A stretch of DNA of 64,000 nt from Acholeplasmataceae bacterium. Its GTDB lineage: Bacteria; Bacillota_I; Bacilli_A; Acholeplasmatales; Acholeplasmataceae. Each line of letters opens with the position of its first letter. Within the stretch, counting starts at the first letter, position 1. Below are positions 39,451-52,500 of this stretch, piece after piece. The DNA is taken from contig JBMNNF010000003.1 in assembly GCA_050953825.1 (NCBI GenBank), positions 70,767 to 134,766 on the forward strand, written 5' to 3'. A model generated the notes under the pieces. It saw nothing but the letters and a program-made list of their open reading frames with translations. It did no database searches and had not been told where the DNA came from. The translations under genes were made by a program, and so were the position numbers.

Positions 39451-39807
39451 ATGAACGTATTATTTATTGTATTAAACGATTTAGCTTATTTAGATGAAAT
39501 TTTAGAAAAATTTGTGGATCTTAAAGTAAGAGGGGCTACTATTATTGAATCTCAAGGAATGGCATCAGCCATTCTCAATAGCGAAGGATTAAACTTCTTG
39601 ATGCAAGGATTATTTAAAGGTAGAACTGATGAAGAACAAAAATATTCAAAAACTATTTTTACAGTAATTCCTGATGAAGAAACTTTAAATAAAACAGTAG
39701 AAGCTGTTAGAAAGATTGTTGAAAGATCAAGAAAGAGGACAGTAGGATTTATGTTTACTGTTCCTGTTTCAGGAATCTATCCACTATCACCTAAAAGAAA
39801 AGACTAA
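39451..39807 (+). CDS. Small PII-like (beta-alpha-beta x2) protein, function unknown
   Basis: Alternating pattern VLFIVLN / LDEILEKFVDL / GATIIESQG / long loop / TIFTVIP / LNKTVEAVRKIV / GFMFTVPV. Start codon lies 2 nt after the antiporter stop codon (no overlap). Confidence 0.5.
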   Translation: MNVLFIVLNDLAYLDEILEKFVDLKVRGATIIESQGMASAILNSEGLNFLMQGLFKGRTDEEQKYSKTIFTVIPDEETLNKTVEAVRKIVERSRKRTVGFMFTVPVSGIYPLSPKRKD

Positions 39808-39816
39808 TTAAAGAAT

Positions 39817-39866
39817 AAAAGCTATCACCCATTTTTTGATTATATGGCTGATAGCTTTTTTCTTTT
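39817..39866. terminator. Bidirectional terminator between convergent genes
   Basis: aaaagctatca ... tgatagctttt stem with T-runs. Confidence 0.7.
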
Positions 39867-39882
39867 TTAAAGATAATTTATA

Positions 39883-40443
39883 TTATGTTTTTTCATTGAT
39901 TACTCCACAAAAGATTATTGATGACATGAGTTTTAAGAGTTTTTCTCCAGTGAACTTTTCTTTTCCTTCATCATACCAATATCTTATAGTTTCATAAAAA
40001 ATACTACAAACAATATTAGCTTTATAATTGATAACGTTTTTGGAATCTTCCAATTTCAAAGGGGCATATTTTAATATTAGTTCTTTAAGTTTATTTTTTA
40101 GTTTAGTTTGAAAATTTAAACTTCCTTGAGAACCTAATAACAAATTAAGTTTATCACCAGAAGCTTTTTCTTCCTGCATAAAGATTTCTAAAATTTTTTG
40201 CCCATTTTTTTCAAATGTCGCATCTCTTATTTTTTCAAAGATTTTATCAGAAGGAAGTAGATTTTCTTCAATTTGATTATGTAAATCTTGAATATCTAAA
40301 AAATACGCATAAAAAGTTCCACGATTATAACCCGCTTTATCGGTTATCATTTTCACAGTAATTTTTGATTGATTAGGTGATGAATATAATAGCCAATAAG
40401 CATCCATTAAATTTTGTTTGGTTTCAGAAATATTTTTTGTCAT
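39883..40443 (-). CDS. TetR/AcrR-family transcriptional regulator
   Basis: HTH block ITVKMITDKAGYNRGTFYAYF. ATG 40443 is preferred to the upstream TTG at 40524, but the start is uncertain. Confidence 0.8.
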   Translation of the reverse strand: MTKNISETKQNLMDAYWLLYSSPNQSKITVKMITDKAGYNRGTFYAYFLDIQDLHNQIEENLLPSDKIFEKIRDATFEKNGQKILEIFMQEEKASGDKLNLLLGSQGSLNFQTKLKNKLKELILKYAPLKLEDSKNVINYKANIVCSIFYETIRYWYDEGKEKFTGEKLLKLMSSIIFCGVINEKT

Positions 40444-40457
40444 TTTGATAGTGTTTA

Positions 40458-40481
40458 CTCTAATTTTTGAATAAATTAGAG
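40458..40481. promoter_or_regulatory. Inverted repeat, candidate TetR operator
   Basis: ctctaattt-ttgaat-aaattagag, perfect 9-bp arms, just upstream of the preferred TetR start. Confidence 0.5.
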
Positions 40482-40583
40482 TATTCCTCCTTTCTTTTTT
40501 TCTTTTTTCACTGGAATCCAACAAAACGAACCGTTTTGTTTATTGATACAAAGGGCACTTACATTGTATAATATAATTATAAC

Positions 40584-40595
40584 ACAACATGTTGT
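40584..40595. promoter_or_regulatory. Perfect 12-nt palindrome in the ftsH-like 5' region
   Basis: ACAACATGTTGT lies between the TTGATA/TATAAT promoter-like hexamers and the RBS of 40631. Confidence 0.4.
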
Positions 40596-40630
40596 TGGGT
40601 GCAAATTGTTGATAACTAGGAGGGATATAA

Positions 40631-42457
40631 ATGAAAGGTGACAATTCGACCAAACATAATAAAACAACGCGTCCATTAATCTATTATTGGGGGATTGCGT
40701 TGATAGTATTATTAATTTTTAATTTAATATTGAGACCGTTAATTTTTACAAAAAGAGTTCAAACAACGACGTATTCAGCTTTTATTAATGCGGTAGAGGC
40801 TGGGGAAGTATCAGAAGTATATTTTACCGATAGTGAAATAAATTATACGAAAAAAATAGACGATCGCGTTTATTTTTTTAAGACTGGTATCGTGGATAAT
40901 CCAGATTTACCACAACTCTTACAAGAAAAAGGTGTTGAATATGCAGCTGAGATTCCGCAAAAACCGAATTTATTTCTATCTATATTATTAAATTATGGGC
41001 TTCCAATTTTGATATTCTTTGTAATAGGTAGAATTATTAATAAAAATTTGAAAAATAGAATTGGTGCAGCGGGACTTAATATTAGAGGACAAGATGTTGG
41101 AAAAGTCTATATTGCTGATAAAGAGAAGAAAACATTTGATGATGTTGCGGGACAAGAAGAAGCTAAAGAATCGTTAAAAGAAATTATTGATTATTTAGAT
41201 AATCCAAAAAAATATGAAGCTATGGGAGCTAGTTGTCCAAAAGGAGTATTATTAGTTGGTCCTCCAGGAACGGGTAAAACACTAATAGCTAAAGCTGTTG
41301 CTGGAGAGGCAGGTGTTCCGTTTTTTGCCATTTCAGGTTCGGAATTTGTTGAGATGTTTGTTGGTAGAGGTGCTGCGAAAGTAAGAGAATTATTTGAACA
41401 AGCTAATAAGAAAGCCCCTTGTATTGTATTTATTGATGAGATTGATACCATTGGAAAGAAAAGAGATTCAGGGTTTTCGTCTAATGATGAACGTGAACAA
41501 ACTCTAAACCAATTATTAACAGAAATGGACGGATTTGAAGGAAATAAAGGGGTTGTGATTTTAGCAGCAACTAATCGACCAGAAATCCTTGATCCTGCAT
41601 TGTTAAGACCAGGAAGATTTGATCGTCAAGTAAGAGTTGAATTACCAGATTTAATTGGCAGAGAAGCTATCTTAAATGTTCATTTAAGAAAAGTAAAAAG
41701 AGAAGAAAATATTGATGTTAATTTAATTGCAAGAATGACTGCTGGAGCATCAGGAGCTCAATTAGCTAATATTGTAAATGAGGCAGCTTTACGAGCAGTA
41801 CGCTTAGGAAACAGCCATATAACAACAGAAGATTTGGTTGAATCAGTAGAAGTAATAATTGCTGGTGCTGTTAGAAAGAACGCAATTTTATCTGAAGAGG
41901 AAAAGAAAATTGTTGCATATCATGAAATTGGTCACGCATTGGTGGCCGCTAAGCAAACTGGCACTGCACCAGTTCAAAAGATTACTATAGTTCCAAGAAC
42001 ATCGGGGGCATTAGGTTATGTTATGCAAGTTGATGATGATGAAAAGAATTTAATTAGTAAAGAAGATGCTAACCAAAAAATAGCAATATTATGTGGCGGA
42101 CGAGCAGCTGAAGAAATCGTCTTTAATAGTGTTACTACAGGAGCATCTAATGATATAGAAAAAGCGACTCAAATTGCAAGAGGTATGGTAACTAAATATG
42201 GAATGTCTGATAAGTTTGGAATGATGGCCCTTGAAACCGGCGGTAATACCTATCTAGGCCATTCTGGGCAATCAACGGTTGCTCCCGAAACAGCTAGATT
42301 AGTTGATATTGAAGTTAAAAATATCATTGCGACAAATTATGAAAAAGCGAAAGAAATATTAAATGCTAACCGCAAGAAACTTGATAAATTAGCGATTTTC
42401 TTATTAGAAAAGGAAACAATTTCTGGCCAAGAATTTATGACTATATTAAACGAATAA
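40631..42457 (+). CDS. ftsH: FtsH-type ATP-dependent zinc metalloprotease
   Basis: Two N-terminal TM segments, Walker A GPPGTGKT, Walker [12 protein letters not shown] region, zinc site HEIGHAL. Confidence 0.9.
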   Translation: MKGDNSTKHNKTTRPLIYYWGIALIVLLIFNLILRPLIFTKRVQTTTYSAFINAVEAGEVSEVYFTDSEINYTKKIDDRVYFFKTGIVDNPDLPQLLQEKGVEYAAEIPQKPNLFLSILLNYGLPILIFFVIGRIINKNLKNRIGAAGLNIRGQDVGKVYIADKEKKTFDDVAGQEEAKESLKEIIDYLDNPKKYEAMGASCPKGVLLVGPPGTGKTLIAKAVAGEAGVPFFAISGSEFVEMFVGRGAAKVRELFEQANKKAPCIVFIDEIDTIGKKRDSGFSSNDEREQTLNQLLTEMDGFEGNKGVVILAATNRPEILDPALLRPGRFDRQVRVELPDLIGREAILNVHLRKVKREENIDVNLIARMTAGASGAQLANIVNEAALRAVRLGNSHITTEDLVESVEVIIAGAVRKNAILSEEEKKIVAYHEIGHALVAAKQTGTAPVQKITIVPRTSGALGYVMQVDDDEKNLISKEDANQKIAILCGGRAAEEIVFNSVTTGASNDIEKATQIARGMVTKYGMSDKFGMMALETGGNTYLGHSGQSTVAPETARLVDIEVKNIIATNYEKAKEILNANRKKLDKLAIFLLEKETISGQEFMTILNE

Positions 42458-42488
42458 TATAATAGGTAGTATTATATTGTCACTTGAT

Positions 42489-42517
42489 TTGACAATTAAG
42501 AAGCAATGTTATAAAAT
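42489..42517 (+). promoter_or_regulatory. rpsD promoter
   Basis: TTGACA 42489-42494, 17-nt spacer, TAAAAT 42512-42517. Confidence 0.55.
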
Positions 42518-42523
42518 AGTGTC

Positions 42524-42685
42524 GTTGGTAAAAAAGCAGGCAATGCCAATTAATAAAATTAATCCCTACTCTATAGGAGCTCGTAGTAACTTATTAACTG
42601 CTTGTAAGTGAGGCGGACATCGGGATTACTTATTAGAAGTCATCGCAATTTTTACCACTAAAAAATAAAAAAGGAGGTAAAAATT
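42524..42685 (+). promoter_or_regulatory. Long structured rpsD leader (candidate S4 autoregulatory element)
   Basis: Long-range pairing ttggtaaaaa ... tttttacca and aatccc ... gggatt encloses about 120 nt immediately before the RBS. Confidence 0.4.
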
Positions 42686-43285
42686 ATGTCACGTTATACT
42701 GGACCAACATGGAAAGTTTCACGCCGTTTAGGATATTCGATATCTGAAACAGGTAGAGAACTTCAAAGACGAAACTATCCACCAGGACAACACGGTCAAA
42801 GACGCGCTAAATTAAGTGATTACGGTCAACAGTTAGCTGAAAAACAAAAAGTAAGATATACCTATGGCGTTTCAGAAAAACAATTCCGTAAAACCTTTAA
42901 TGAAGCGAGAAATATGGCTGGTGTTCATGGTGAAAACTTTTTAAAGTTATTAGAATCTCGTCTTGATAACGTTGTATATCGCCTAGGTTTAGCTAAAACA
43001 CGCGCTCAAGCGAGACAATTAGTTAATCATGGTCACGTTCTAGTTGATGGTAATAAAGTTGATATTCCATCATTTAGACTTCAACCAGGACAACAAGTTT
43101 CTTTAAGAGAAAGATCAAGAGACTTAAAAATTGTAACTGAAGCTAGAGAAGGTCAATATGTAACGTTAGATTTTGTTTCATGGAATCCTGAAACTCAAGT
43201 TGGAGTTTTCTCAAGATATCCTGAAAGAAATGAAATCTTACCAGAAATCAATGAACAATTAATTGTTGAATTCTACAACCGTTAA
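42686..43285 (+). CDS. rpsD: 30S ribosomal protein S4
   Basis: MSRYTGP.WK.SRR, and S4 domain [22 protein letters not shown]. Confidence 0.97.
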   Translation: MSRYTGPTWKVSRRLGYSISETGRELQRRNYPPGQHGQRRAKLSDYGQQLAEKQKVRYTYGVSEKQFRKTFNEARNMAGVHGENFLKLLESRLDNVVYRLGLAKTRAQARQLVNHGHVLVDGNKVDIPSFRLQPGQQVSLRERSRDLKIVTEAREGQYVTLDFVSWNPETQVGVFSRYPERNEILPEINEQLIVEFYNR

Positions 43286-43320
43286 TTTAAACAAAGTAGA
43301 TTAAACTACATTATTAAAAG

Positions 43321-43347
43321 TGGAATCTTGCAAAGATTCCATTTTTT
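43321..43347 (+). terminator. rpsD terminator
   Basis: ggaatctt-gca-aagattcc followed by a T-run. Confidence 0.8.
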
Positions 43348-43433
43348 AATTTCTTAATAACTAAAAAATATCCAATATTTACCCATAATTAAATATTTTT
43401 TAAAAATAAAGTGGGCTAAATGTTTACTCAATA

Positions 43434-43462
43434 TTGACAAAAATTATAGTTATAACTATAAT
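43434..43462 (+). promoter_or_regulatory. Promoter of the giant lipoprotein gene
   Basis: TTGACA 43434-43439, 17-nt spacer, TATAAT 43457-43462. Confidence 0.6.
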
Positions 43463-43529
43463 ATAGTAGTAGTTTACACATTTAAATTACGTGTTTTAAA
43501 CTTAAATTTATCGAAAGGGTGAGTATTGG

Positions 43530-46500
43530 ATGATGGAAAAAAGTAAGTCGTTCCTTATCGGCAAATTGAGTAAAATATTCAGCATTGCTGTTCTTTTTTT
43601 TAGCGTTTTTTTACTCAATGGATGCGAAAATTTTAATGAAGAAGATCCCAAAAATCACGATGTTGTGATTAAGTATTTAGGCGAGGATCTAAATGGTAAC
43701 TATAGTGTTAATCTTGAAGAAGTAATAGTTAATAACAGGGAAGGTTATGAGATTTCGATTGAAGAAAAGACCTTCCCTAATTTTATTTTTAGAGAAGATA
43801 ACCCTAGAACATACATTATAACTGGTGAAGACAACCAAGAAGTAATCATTAAATATGACAAAGATGTGGGGTATACGATTAATTTTGATGGTAATGGTCA
43901 TACGAGTGGTGATACTGAAAGTCAAAGTGTGGAATACAATCAAGAGATAGCTTTGACCCCAAATGGGTTCAGTCGAACTGGTTACAGATTTATTGGCTGG
44001 AGTACCACCAGTGACGGAGTCGTTGAATATGCTGACCAAGTTAATGTTTTAAATTTGGCAACAGGTTCTATTACTTTATATGCGGTCTGGGAAGCGAACA
44101 CCTATACCATCATTTTTGATGGAAATGGAGCCACTAGTGGAATTACTGATAGTCAAACTGTAATTTATGACCAAACAGTAGCATTAAATGCTAATGGCTT
44201 TAATAAAACTGGTTATATGTTTATGGGGTGGGGTCTTTCTAGTGATGGAACAGTTCAATATAATGACGAAGCTACTGTTAATAATATCGTATCATCAGAA
44301 TCGATTACCTTGTATGCAATTTGGCAAGCGGCAACATGTATGATACAATTTGATGGAAATGGTCATACAGATGGTAATACCGAAAGTCAGATTTCAAATT
44401 ATAACGAAGAAACAAGACTAAATGCCAACGGATTTAGTAGAACTGGATATAAATTTATTGGTTGGAGTACAACAAGTACCGGAAGTGTTGAATATAACGA
44501 TCAAGAAGATGTTTTTGATTTAACAAAATCAAATTTGGTAACTCTGTATGCAGTGTGGGAAGCCAAAGCATACTCCATATTTTTTAGCGGAAATGGTCAT
44601 GACACTGGCATGATGGAACATCAAAATGTCTCATATGATCAAGAAGTTCCTCTTTCCGCCAACAAATTTGGTAAGATCGGCCATACATTTCAAGGGTGGA
44701 GCACTACCACTGATGGAATTGTTGAATATAATGATAAAGCTAATATTAAGAATCTAACAATATCACAATCTATAACCCTTTATGCAGTATGGAAAGCTAA
44801 TATTTATACAATTATCTTTGATGGAAACGGACATGATGGTGGAGATACTGGAAACCAAACAGTCCATTATAACCAAGTTGTAACATTAAATACCAATAGA
44901 TATACTAAGACTGGCTATACATTTATGGGATGGAGTCGTTCTAGTGATGGATATATTCAATATAATGATGAAGCTACTGTTAGTAATGTAACAGAATCGG
45001 ATTCAATCACTTTATATGCTAAATGGGTTGTAAATTCATATATAATTATTTTTGACGGAAATGGAGCTAATAGTGGTTATACAGAAAGTCAAGAAATAGA
45101 TTACAATGAACAAGCCAGATTAAATGAAAATGGATACGGTAGGACTGGTCATACATTTAAGGGATGGAGCACAACCAGTTCCGGAAGTGTTCAGTATACT
45201 GACAAAATAAGTGTTAAAAATTTAGTACCATCAGGAACAATTACTTTATATGCAATTTGGGAAGCTAAAACTTATACAATTATCTTTAACGGAAACGGAT
45301 GTGATGGTGGTTATACTGAAAATCAAACAATTAATTATGGCAAACAAGTAACACTAATTCCAAATGGATATACTAAGACTGGTTATACATTTGCAGGATG
45401 GAGTCGCTCTAGTGATGGAAATATTCAATATAATAACGAAGCTAGTGTTAAAAATGTTACAGAATCGGATTCAGTTACTTTATATGCTAAATGGGTTGCA
45501 AATTCATATGCGATTTTCTTTGATGGTAATGGAGCTAGTGTCGGCCATACAAAATATCAGATGATAAGATATGATGAACAAGTCGAATTAAACAAAAATG
45601 AATACGATAGGACCGGTTATACATTTAAGGGTTGGAGTACAACTATTAATGGAAACGTTGAATATAATGATAAAGCTAATATTAAGAATCTAGCACCATC
45701 AGGAACCATTACTTTATATGCAGTTTGGGAAGTTAACAGTTATACTATTAATTTCGATGGAAATGGTAGTACAAGTGGTAGTACTGCTAGTCAAACGATA
45801 AATTATGATAAGCAAGTGGCATTAAATGCCAATGAATTTATTAAAAATGGCTATACCTTTATTGGTTGGAGTACATTAAGTGATGGAGCAGTTCATTATA
45901 ATGACAAAGCTAGTGTTAAGAATCTAACAACTGAAGCTTCGATCACTTTATATGCGGTTTGGAAAGTTAACAATTACACCATTAATTTTGATGGAAATGG
46001 CAACGATGGTGGAATTACGCCAAGTCAAATTTTAGAATATGAACAAGAATTGCCGTTGAACGCTAATGAATTTATTAAAATTGGTTATACTTTTAAAGGT
46101 TGGAGTACAACCAGCACTGGAAATGTTGAATATGTTGATAAAGCGAATGTTAAGAAGTTAACTGTATCAACAATTACACTATATGCAATATGGCAAGTTA
46201 ATACATATACCATCACCTTTGATGGAAATGGCAATGATGATGGAACTACCGCAAGCCAAACTATCAATTACGATGAAATTGCAACCCTTAATGAAAATGG
46301 ATTTAGTAAGACTGGATATACCTTTAAAGGTTGGAGTAAAACTGAAATAGGTAATGTTGAATATGATGATAAATCCAGTGTTTTAAAACTATCAACTGGA
46401 AATCCAATTACTTTATATGCAATTTGGGAAGAAAATACTTACACCATCCACTTTGATGGGAATGGACATACTAGCGGCAATACCGAAAATCAAGTAATAT

Positions 46501-49500
46501 ATTATGAAGATTCCGTATTACTTAATCTAAATCAATATACTAAAATTGGATATACCTTTAAAGGTTGGAGCGAAACTGAGACTGGAAATGTTAAATATAA
46601 CGATTTAGCCAATGTTAACAAGTTAATTCCTTCAGGAACCATGACCTTGTTTGCAGTTTGGGAAGCCAACAAATATACGATTGACTTTAATGGTAATGGA
46701 TTCACAGGTGGAAGTACTCAAAGTCAAACCGTAAATTATGATGAAGAAGTAGCTTTGACTGCTAACGGTTATAATCGTGATAATCACAAATTTATTGGTT
46801 GGAGTAAAACCGAGACTGGAGATGTCCTTTATAATGACAAAGCCAGCATTAAAAATCTAGTAACATCAGGTTCAATTACTTTATATGCAGTTTGGGCCGT
46901 TGGGACTCATACTATTAATTTTAATGGAAACGGATATACAAGCGGAAGTACCGCTAGTCAAGTTGTGGAATACGGACAAATAGTAACACTTAATGAAAAC
47001 GGATTTAGTCGCGATAATCATGTATTTTTAGGTTGGAGCAAAACCGAAACTGGAGACGTCGAATATATTGATCAAGCGGAAGTTCAAAACTTAACAACCG
47101 GAAATTCAGTCACACTATATGCGGTGTGGGCAGTAAGCATTTATACAATTACCTTTAATGGAAACGGTCATGAGAGTGGTAGTACCATAAATCAAACCGT
47201 AAATTATAACGAAGAAGTATCACTCAATGCTAATGGTTATAGCAAGGATGGGTATCTATTTATTGGTTGGAGTACTACAAGTGATGGAAGCGTTCAATAT
47301 AGTGATCAAGCAAGTGTTAAGAATTTAACAACTATTGGCTCAATTACCTTATATGCAGTTTGGGCCGCTAACTCTTATGAAGTTAATTTTAATGGTAATG
47401 GTCATACTAGTGGCAGTATTGCTAATCAAACTGTAGATTATGACGAACAAGTAGCACTAAATGCCAACGGCTTTAGTAGAACTGGTTACACATTTGCTGG
47501 CTGGAGTACCATAAGTGATGGAAGCGTTCAATATAGTGATCAAGCAATTATTAAGAACTTAACAACCAAAGTTTCAATTACCTTATATGCAGTTTGGGAA
47601 GTTAATACTTATACCATTATTTTTGATGGTAATGAACATGATGGTGGAAATACTGAAAATCAAATAATAAATTACGATGAACAAGTAACATTGATACCAA
47701 ATGGATATACTAAGACCGGCTATACTTTTATGGGTTGGAGTCGCTCTAGTGATGGATATATTCAGTATAATGATGAAGCTATTGTTAAAAATGTAGCAGA
47801 ATCAGGATCAGTTACTTTATATGCAAAATGGGGGGTTAATATTTATACCATCATCTTTGATGGTAATGGCCATACTAGTGGTAGTACCGCTAGTCAGACC
47901 ACTAATTATGATGAAGGAACAACTTTAAATATTAACGGTTTTATTAGAACTGGTTATAGATTTATTGGTTGGAGTACAACAAGCACTGGAAATGCTGAAT
48001 ATAATGATCAAGAAACTGTTCTCCGTTTGACCACATCAAATGCTATTACTTTATATGCAGTCTGGGAAGCCCAAGGTTACACAATATATTTTAATGGAAA
48101 TGGTTCAGATGCTGGAAATATGCAGTATCAAAATGTTATATATGATCAAGAAGTTGCACTTAAGCCAAATGAATTTGGTAGAACCGGCTACAATTTTAAA
48201 GGCTGGAGTACCACAAGTAATGGAAGTGTTGAATACACTGATCAAAAGAAGATTAAAAACTTAACAACATTACAATCCATAACCCTTTATGCAGTTTGGG
48301 AAGCAAACACCTACACAGTAAACTTTGATGGTAATGGTCATACTAGTGGCAGTACCGCAAGTCAAACAATCAACTATGATGAACAGGTCGCACTAAATGC
48401 CAACGGCTATAGTAAGACTGGCTATACTTTCATTGGTTGGAGCACAACGATTTATGGAAACGTTGAATACATTGACAAAGCAAGTATTAAGAACTTAACA
48501 ACCAGTGGATCAATTACTTTATATGCGATATGGACAACTAAATCTTATACAGTAAACTTTAATGGTAATGGTTATACTAGTGGCAGTACTGCAAGTCAAA
48601 CAATCAACTATGACGAACAAGTCGCACTAAATGCCAACGGCTTTAGTAAAACTGGATACACATTTATCGGTTGGAGCATTACAAGTGATGGAAGTGTTCA
48701 ATATAATGACCAAGCGAGTGTTAAAAATCTAACAACCGAAACCTCAATTACTTTATATGCGGTATGGACAACTAAATCTTATACAGTAAACTTTGATGGT
48801 AATGGTCATACTGATGGAAGTACCGCTAGTCAAACAATTAACTATGATGAACAAGTAGCATTAAATGCCAACGGCTTTAATAAAACTGGATACACATTTA
48901 TCGGTTGGAGCATTACGAGTGATGGAAGTGTTCAATATAGTGATCAAGCTAGTGTTAAAAATCTAACAACCCAAACTTCAATTACTTTATATGCAGTTTG
49001 GGAAGCTAATACTTATACCATCATCTTTGATGGTAATGGTCATACTAGTGGCAGTACCGCTAGTCAAACAATTAACTATGACGAACAAGTAGCATTAAAT
49101 ACCAATGGCTTTATCAGAACTGGTTACACATTTGTTGGTTGGAATACAGCTAGCACTGGAACCGCTGAATATACTGATGGAGCTAGTGTTAAGAATTTAA
49201 CAACCGAAACCTCAATTACTTTATATGCGGTATGGACAACTAAATCTTATACAGTAAACTTTGATGGTAATGGTCATACTAGTGGCAGTACCGCAAGTCA
49301 AACAATCAACTACGATGAACTAGTATCATTAATTCCAAATGGATATACTAAGACTGGCTATACTTTTATGGGATGGAGTCGCTCTAGTGATGGAAGTGTT
49401 CAATATAGTGATCAAGCTAGTGTTAAAAATCTAACGACCGAAACCTCAATTACTTTATATGCAGTTTGGGAAGCTAACTCTTATACAGTAAACTTTGATG

Positions 49501-52500
49501 GTAATGGTCATACTAGCGGCAATACCGTAAGTCAAACAATTAACTATGATGAACAAGTCGCACTAAATGCCAACGGCTTTAATAAAACTGGATACACATT
49601 TATCGGTTGGAGCATTACAAGTGATGGAAGTGTTCAATATAGTGATCAAGCTAGTGTCAAGAACTTAACAACCCAAACTTCAATTACTTTATATGCAGTC
49701 TGGGAAGCTAACTCTTATACAGTAAACTTTGATGGTAATGGTCATACTAGTGGTAATACTTTAAGTCAAACGATAGATTATGACGAACAAGTCGCATTAA
49801 ATACTAACGGCTTTATCAGAACTGGTTACACATTTGTTGGTTGGAATACAGCTAGTACTGGAACCGCTGAATATACTGATGGAGCTAGTGTTAAGAATTT
49901 AACAACCGAAACCTCGATTACTTTATACGCAATCTGGGAAGGAAATACTTATACTATTAACTTTAATAGAAATGGAAGTGACGCTGGAAGTATGGCCAGT
50001 CAAACTGCTAAGTATGGTCAACAAGTATCACTTAATCCAAACGGATTTTCAAAGACTGGTTATACATTCATTGGCTGGAGTACAACAAGTACGGGAAATG
50101 TTAAATATACCGACAAGGCAAATACTAATAACTTAACTACTGAAAGTTCAATCACTTTATATGCTATCTGGAAAGCTAACACTTATATCATTACCTTTGA
50201 TGGTAATGGTCACACCGGTGGAAATACTACCAGTCAAACTGTAACTTATGATGAAGAAATAACCTTAACTGCTAACGGATTTTCAAAGACTGGTTATAAA
50301 TTCGTTGGTTGGAGTACAACAAGTACGGGAAATGTTAAATATGTCGATCAGGCAAGTGTTAGTAATATAACTATTGAAAGTTCAATTACCTTGTATGCAG
50401 TCTGGGAAAAAACTCATCAAAAAATTACATTCAATTTAAACGAAGGGACATTACCAAGTGGTTATAGTACAATAATTTATGTTTCAAATCAACTTTTCCC
50501 ATATGTGTTACCAACACCAACAAAAATTCAAAGTGGTGAAGCCTCATATGAATTTTTAGGTTGGTATGAAACTAACTCAACTGAAGGAACGAAAGTAGAT
50601 GTTTTATCAGAGCTTAAAGATTATACTTTATATGCACAGTGGAATACTGATGTGGTCTACTATAAAGGTGAATATCCGCAATCAAGGGTCACTAACTCAT
50701 CATTACTAACTGAATTAAATAAATTAACACCTCAAACTTCAAGTAAAATATTAACTACATCACAAGGTACAGCACATACAGAAGTATGGTATACCATTAA
50801 TTATGGTGGCTATAAGTTTGAAAAAGTTGGCGACAAATATTATAAATATGAACCAATCGCCTTTTATAAATTAGCCGATGGTACATATTATTCAAAACAT
50901 GTAATCGATTATTCGCCATTTGATGAAAAGGTTGATAACGAGACTGTAACTAATAATTATCATAATAGTTACGTGAGAAAGTATTTAAATGAAGTAATTA
51001 AAACTAAGGCAGGAATTAACTCAACATTAGGCTTATTGTCAAAAGCCCAATTATCTAATACCACTAATTTTGCTGATGATAATGCAAGAGCTGCTCAGAC
51101 TACAAGTTACGGTTTCGGAGTAGTAGAAGGTGGTAGAGGAAAAATAACATCATTTTCTGTCAACTATTTCTATTTTTATAATAAACACTATTGGACTAAT
51201 ACTCCTAGTACATATTCTAAATATGTCGTCAATCGTGTTAATGGAGATGGTATTTTCTTAGATGCCGATTGTAACCACGCTTTCGGTTTGCGCATCACCA
51301 TTCCAAAAACCTATACTATTGAATTTAGAGGAAATGGTAGCGATAGCGGTAGTACTGAAACCCAAATAGTCGAATATGGAATGCCAACACCACTGAATAT
51401 GAATGGATTTGCAAGAGAATGTTACGCATTTGTTGGTTGGAGTACTACTTATAACGGGGATGTTGAATATGAAGATGGAGCCATAATTACCGATCTAACA
51501 ACCGAAAATATTACTTACTTATATGCGAAATGGGAAAGAATCGCCGTTAAGATTACCTTTAATTTAAATGGCGGTACTTTACCTGAAGGCTATGATACCG
51601 TAATGATGATTTATAATACTGAATTTCCATATACCTTACCAATTCCTGAAAAAGCTCAAAATGGCGAAGAATCATATGAGTTTTTAGGTTGGTCATACTC
51701 TAGTAGTCCAACGGGCAATAAAATTTATGTCTTAGAAACTCCTTCAACCTCTACCTTATACGCACATTGGGGTAGTGTTTACTATAAAGGTGAGTATCCA
51801 CAAACTAAAGTTATGGATGAAACATTAATCATTGAATTAAATAAATTAACACCTCAAACATCAAGTAAAACATTAACGACATCACAAGGCAAGTCACATA
51901 CAGAAACTTGGTACACAGTTACATATAATGGTATTAAATATGAAAAAGTCGGTACCGATTATTATAAATATGAACCAATTAAGTTTTATAGGTTATCAGA
52001 TGGAACTTATTATTCTGGCTTCATAATTGATTACTCTCCATTTGATGAATATACAACTAGTGTTGTAACTAATATTTACAACAATAGTTATATTAAAAAA
52101 TATTTAAACGAAGTAATCAAAGCTAAAACAGGATTTACCTCATTAATCGGAATCTTATCAAATGAAGAGTTATCCAATACCACCAATTTCGCCAATGGTG
52201 CCGCAAGAAGAACTACAAGTACTGAATACGCAACGGCAATTTATCAAGGTGCTAGAGGCAAAATTACATTTGGTTCTTATTCTTCTAGTTATTTAGATAA
52301 TTATTGGACAAGTACTCCAAGTGCAGACAATGGCAATCTTGCGTATGTGGTTAATAAATACGGAACTCAATCCGCTTCTAATAATAGAACTAGTCGTGTT
52401 CTCGGCTTACGGATGACAATACCAGGAACTTACACCATCAATTTTGATGGAAATGGAAGTGATGGTGGTAATACCGCCAGTCAAATTGCACCATATGATC

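Noticed and set aside
43866-50410. The regular ~234-nt periodicity as a CRISPR array or non-coding satellite.
   Set aside because: The period is in frame within one uninterrupted ORF. The units are protein-domain repeats with conserved residues and variable third positions, and there is no short repeat/spacer structure.
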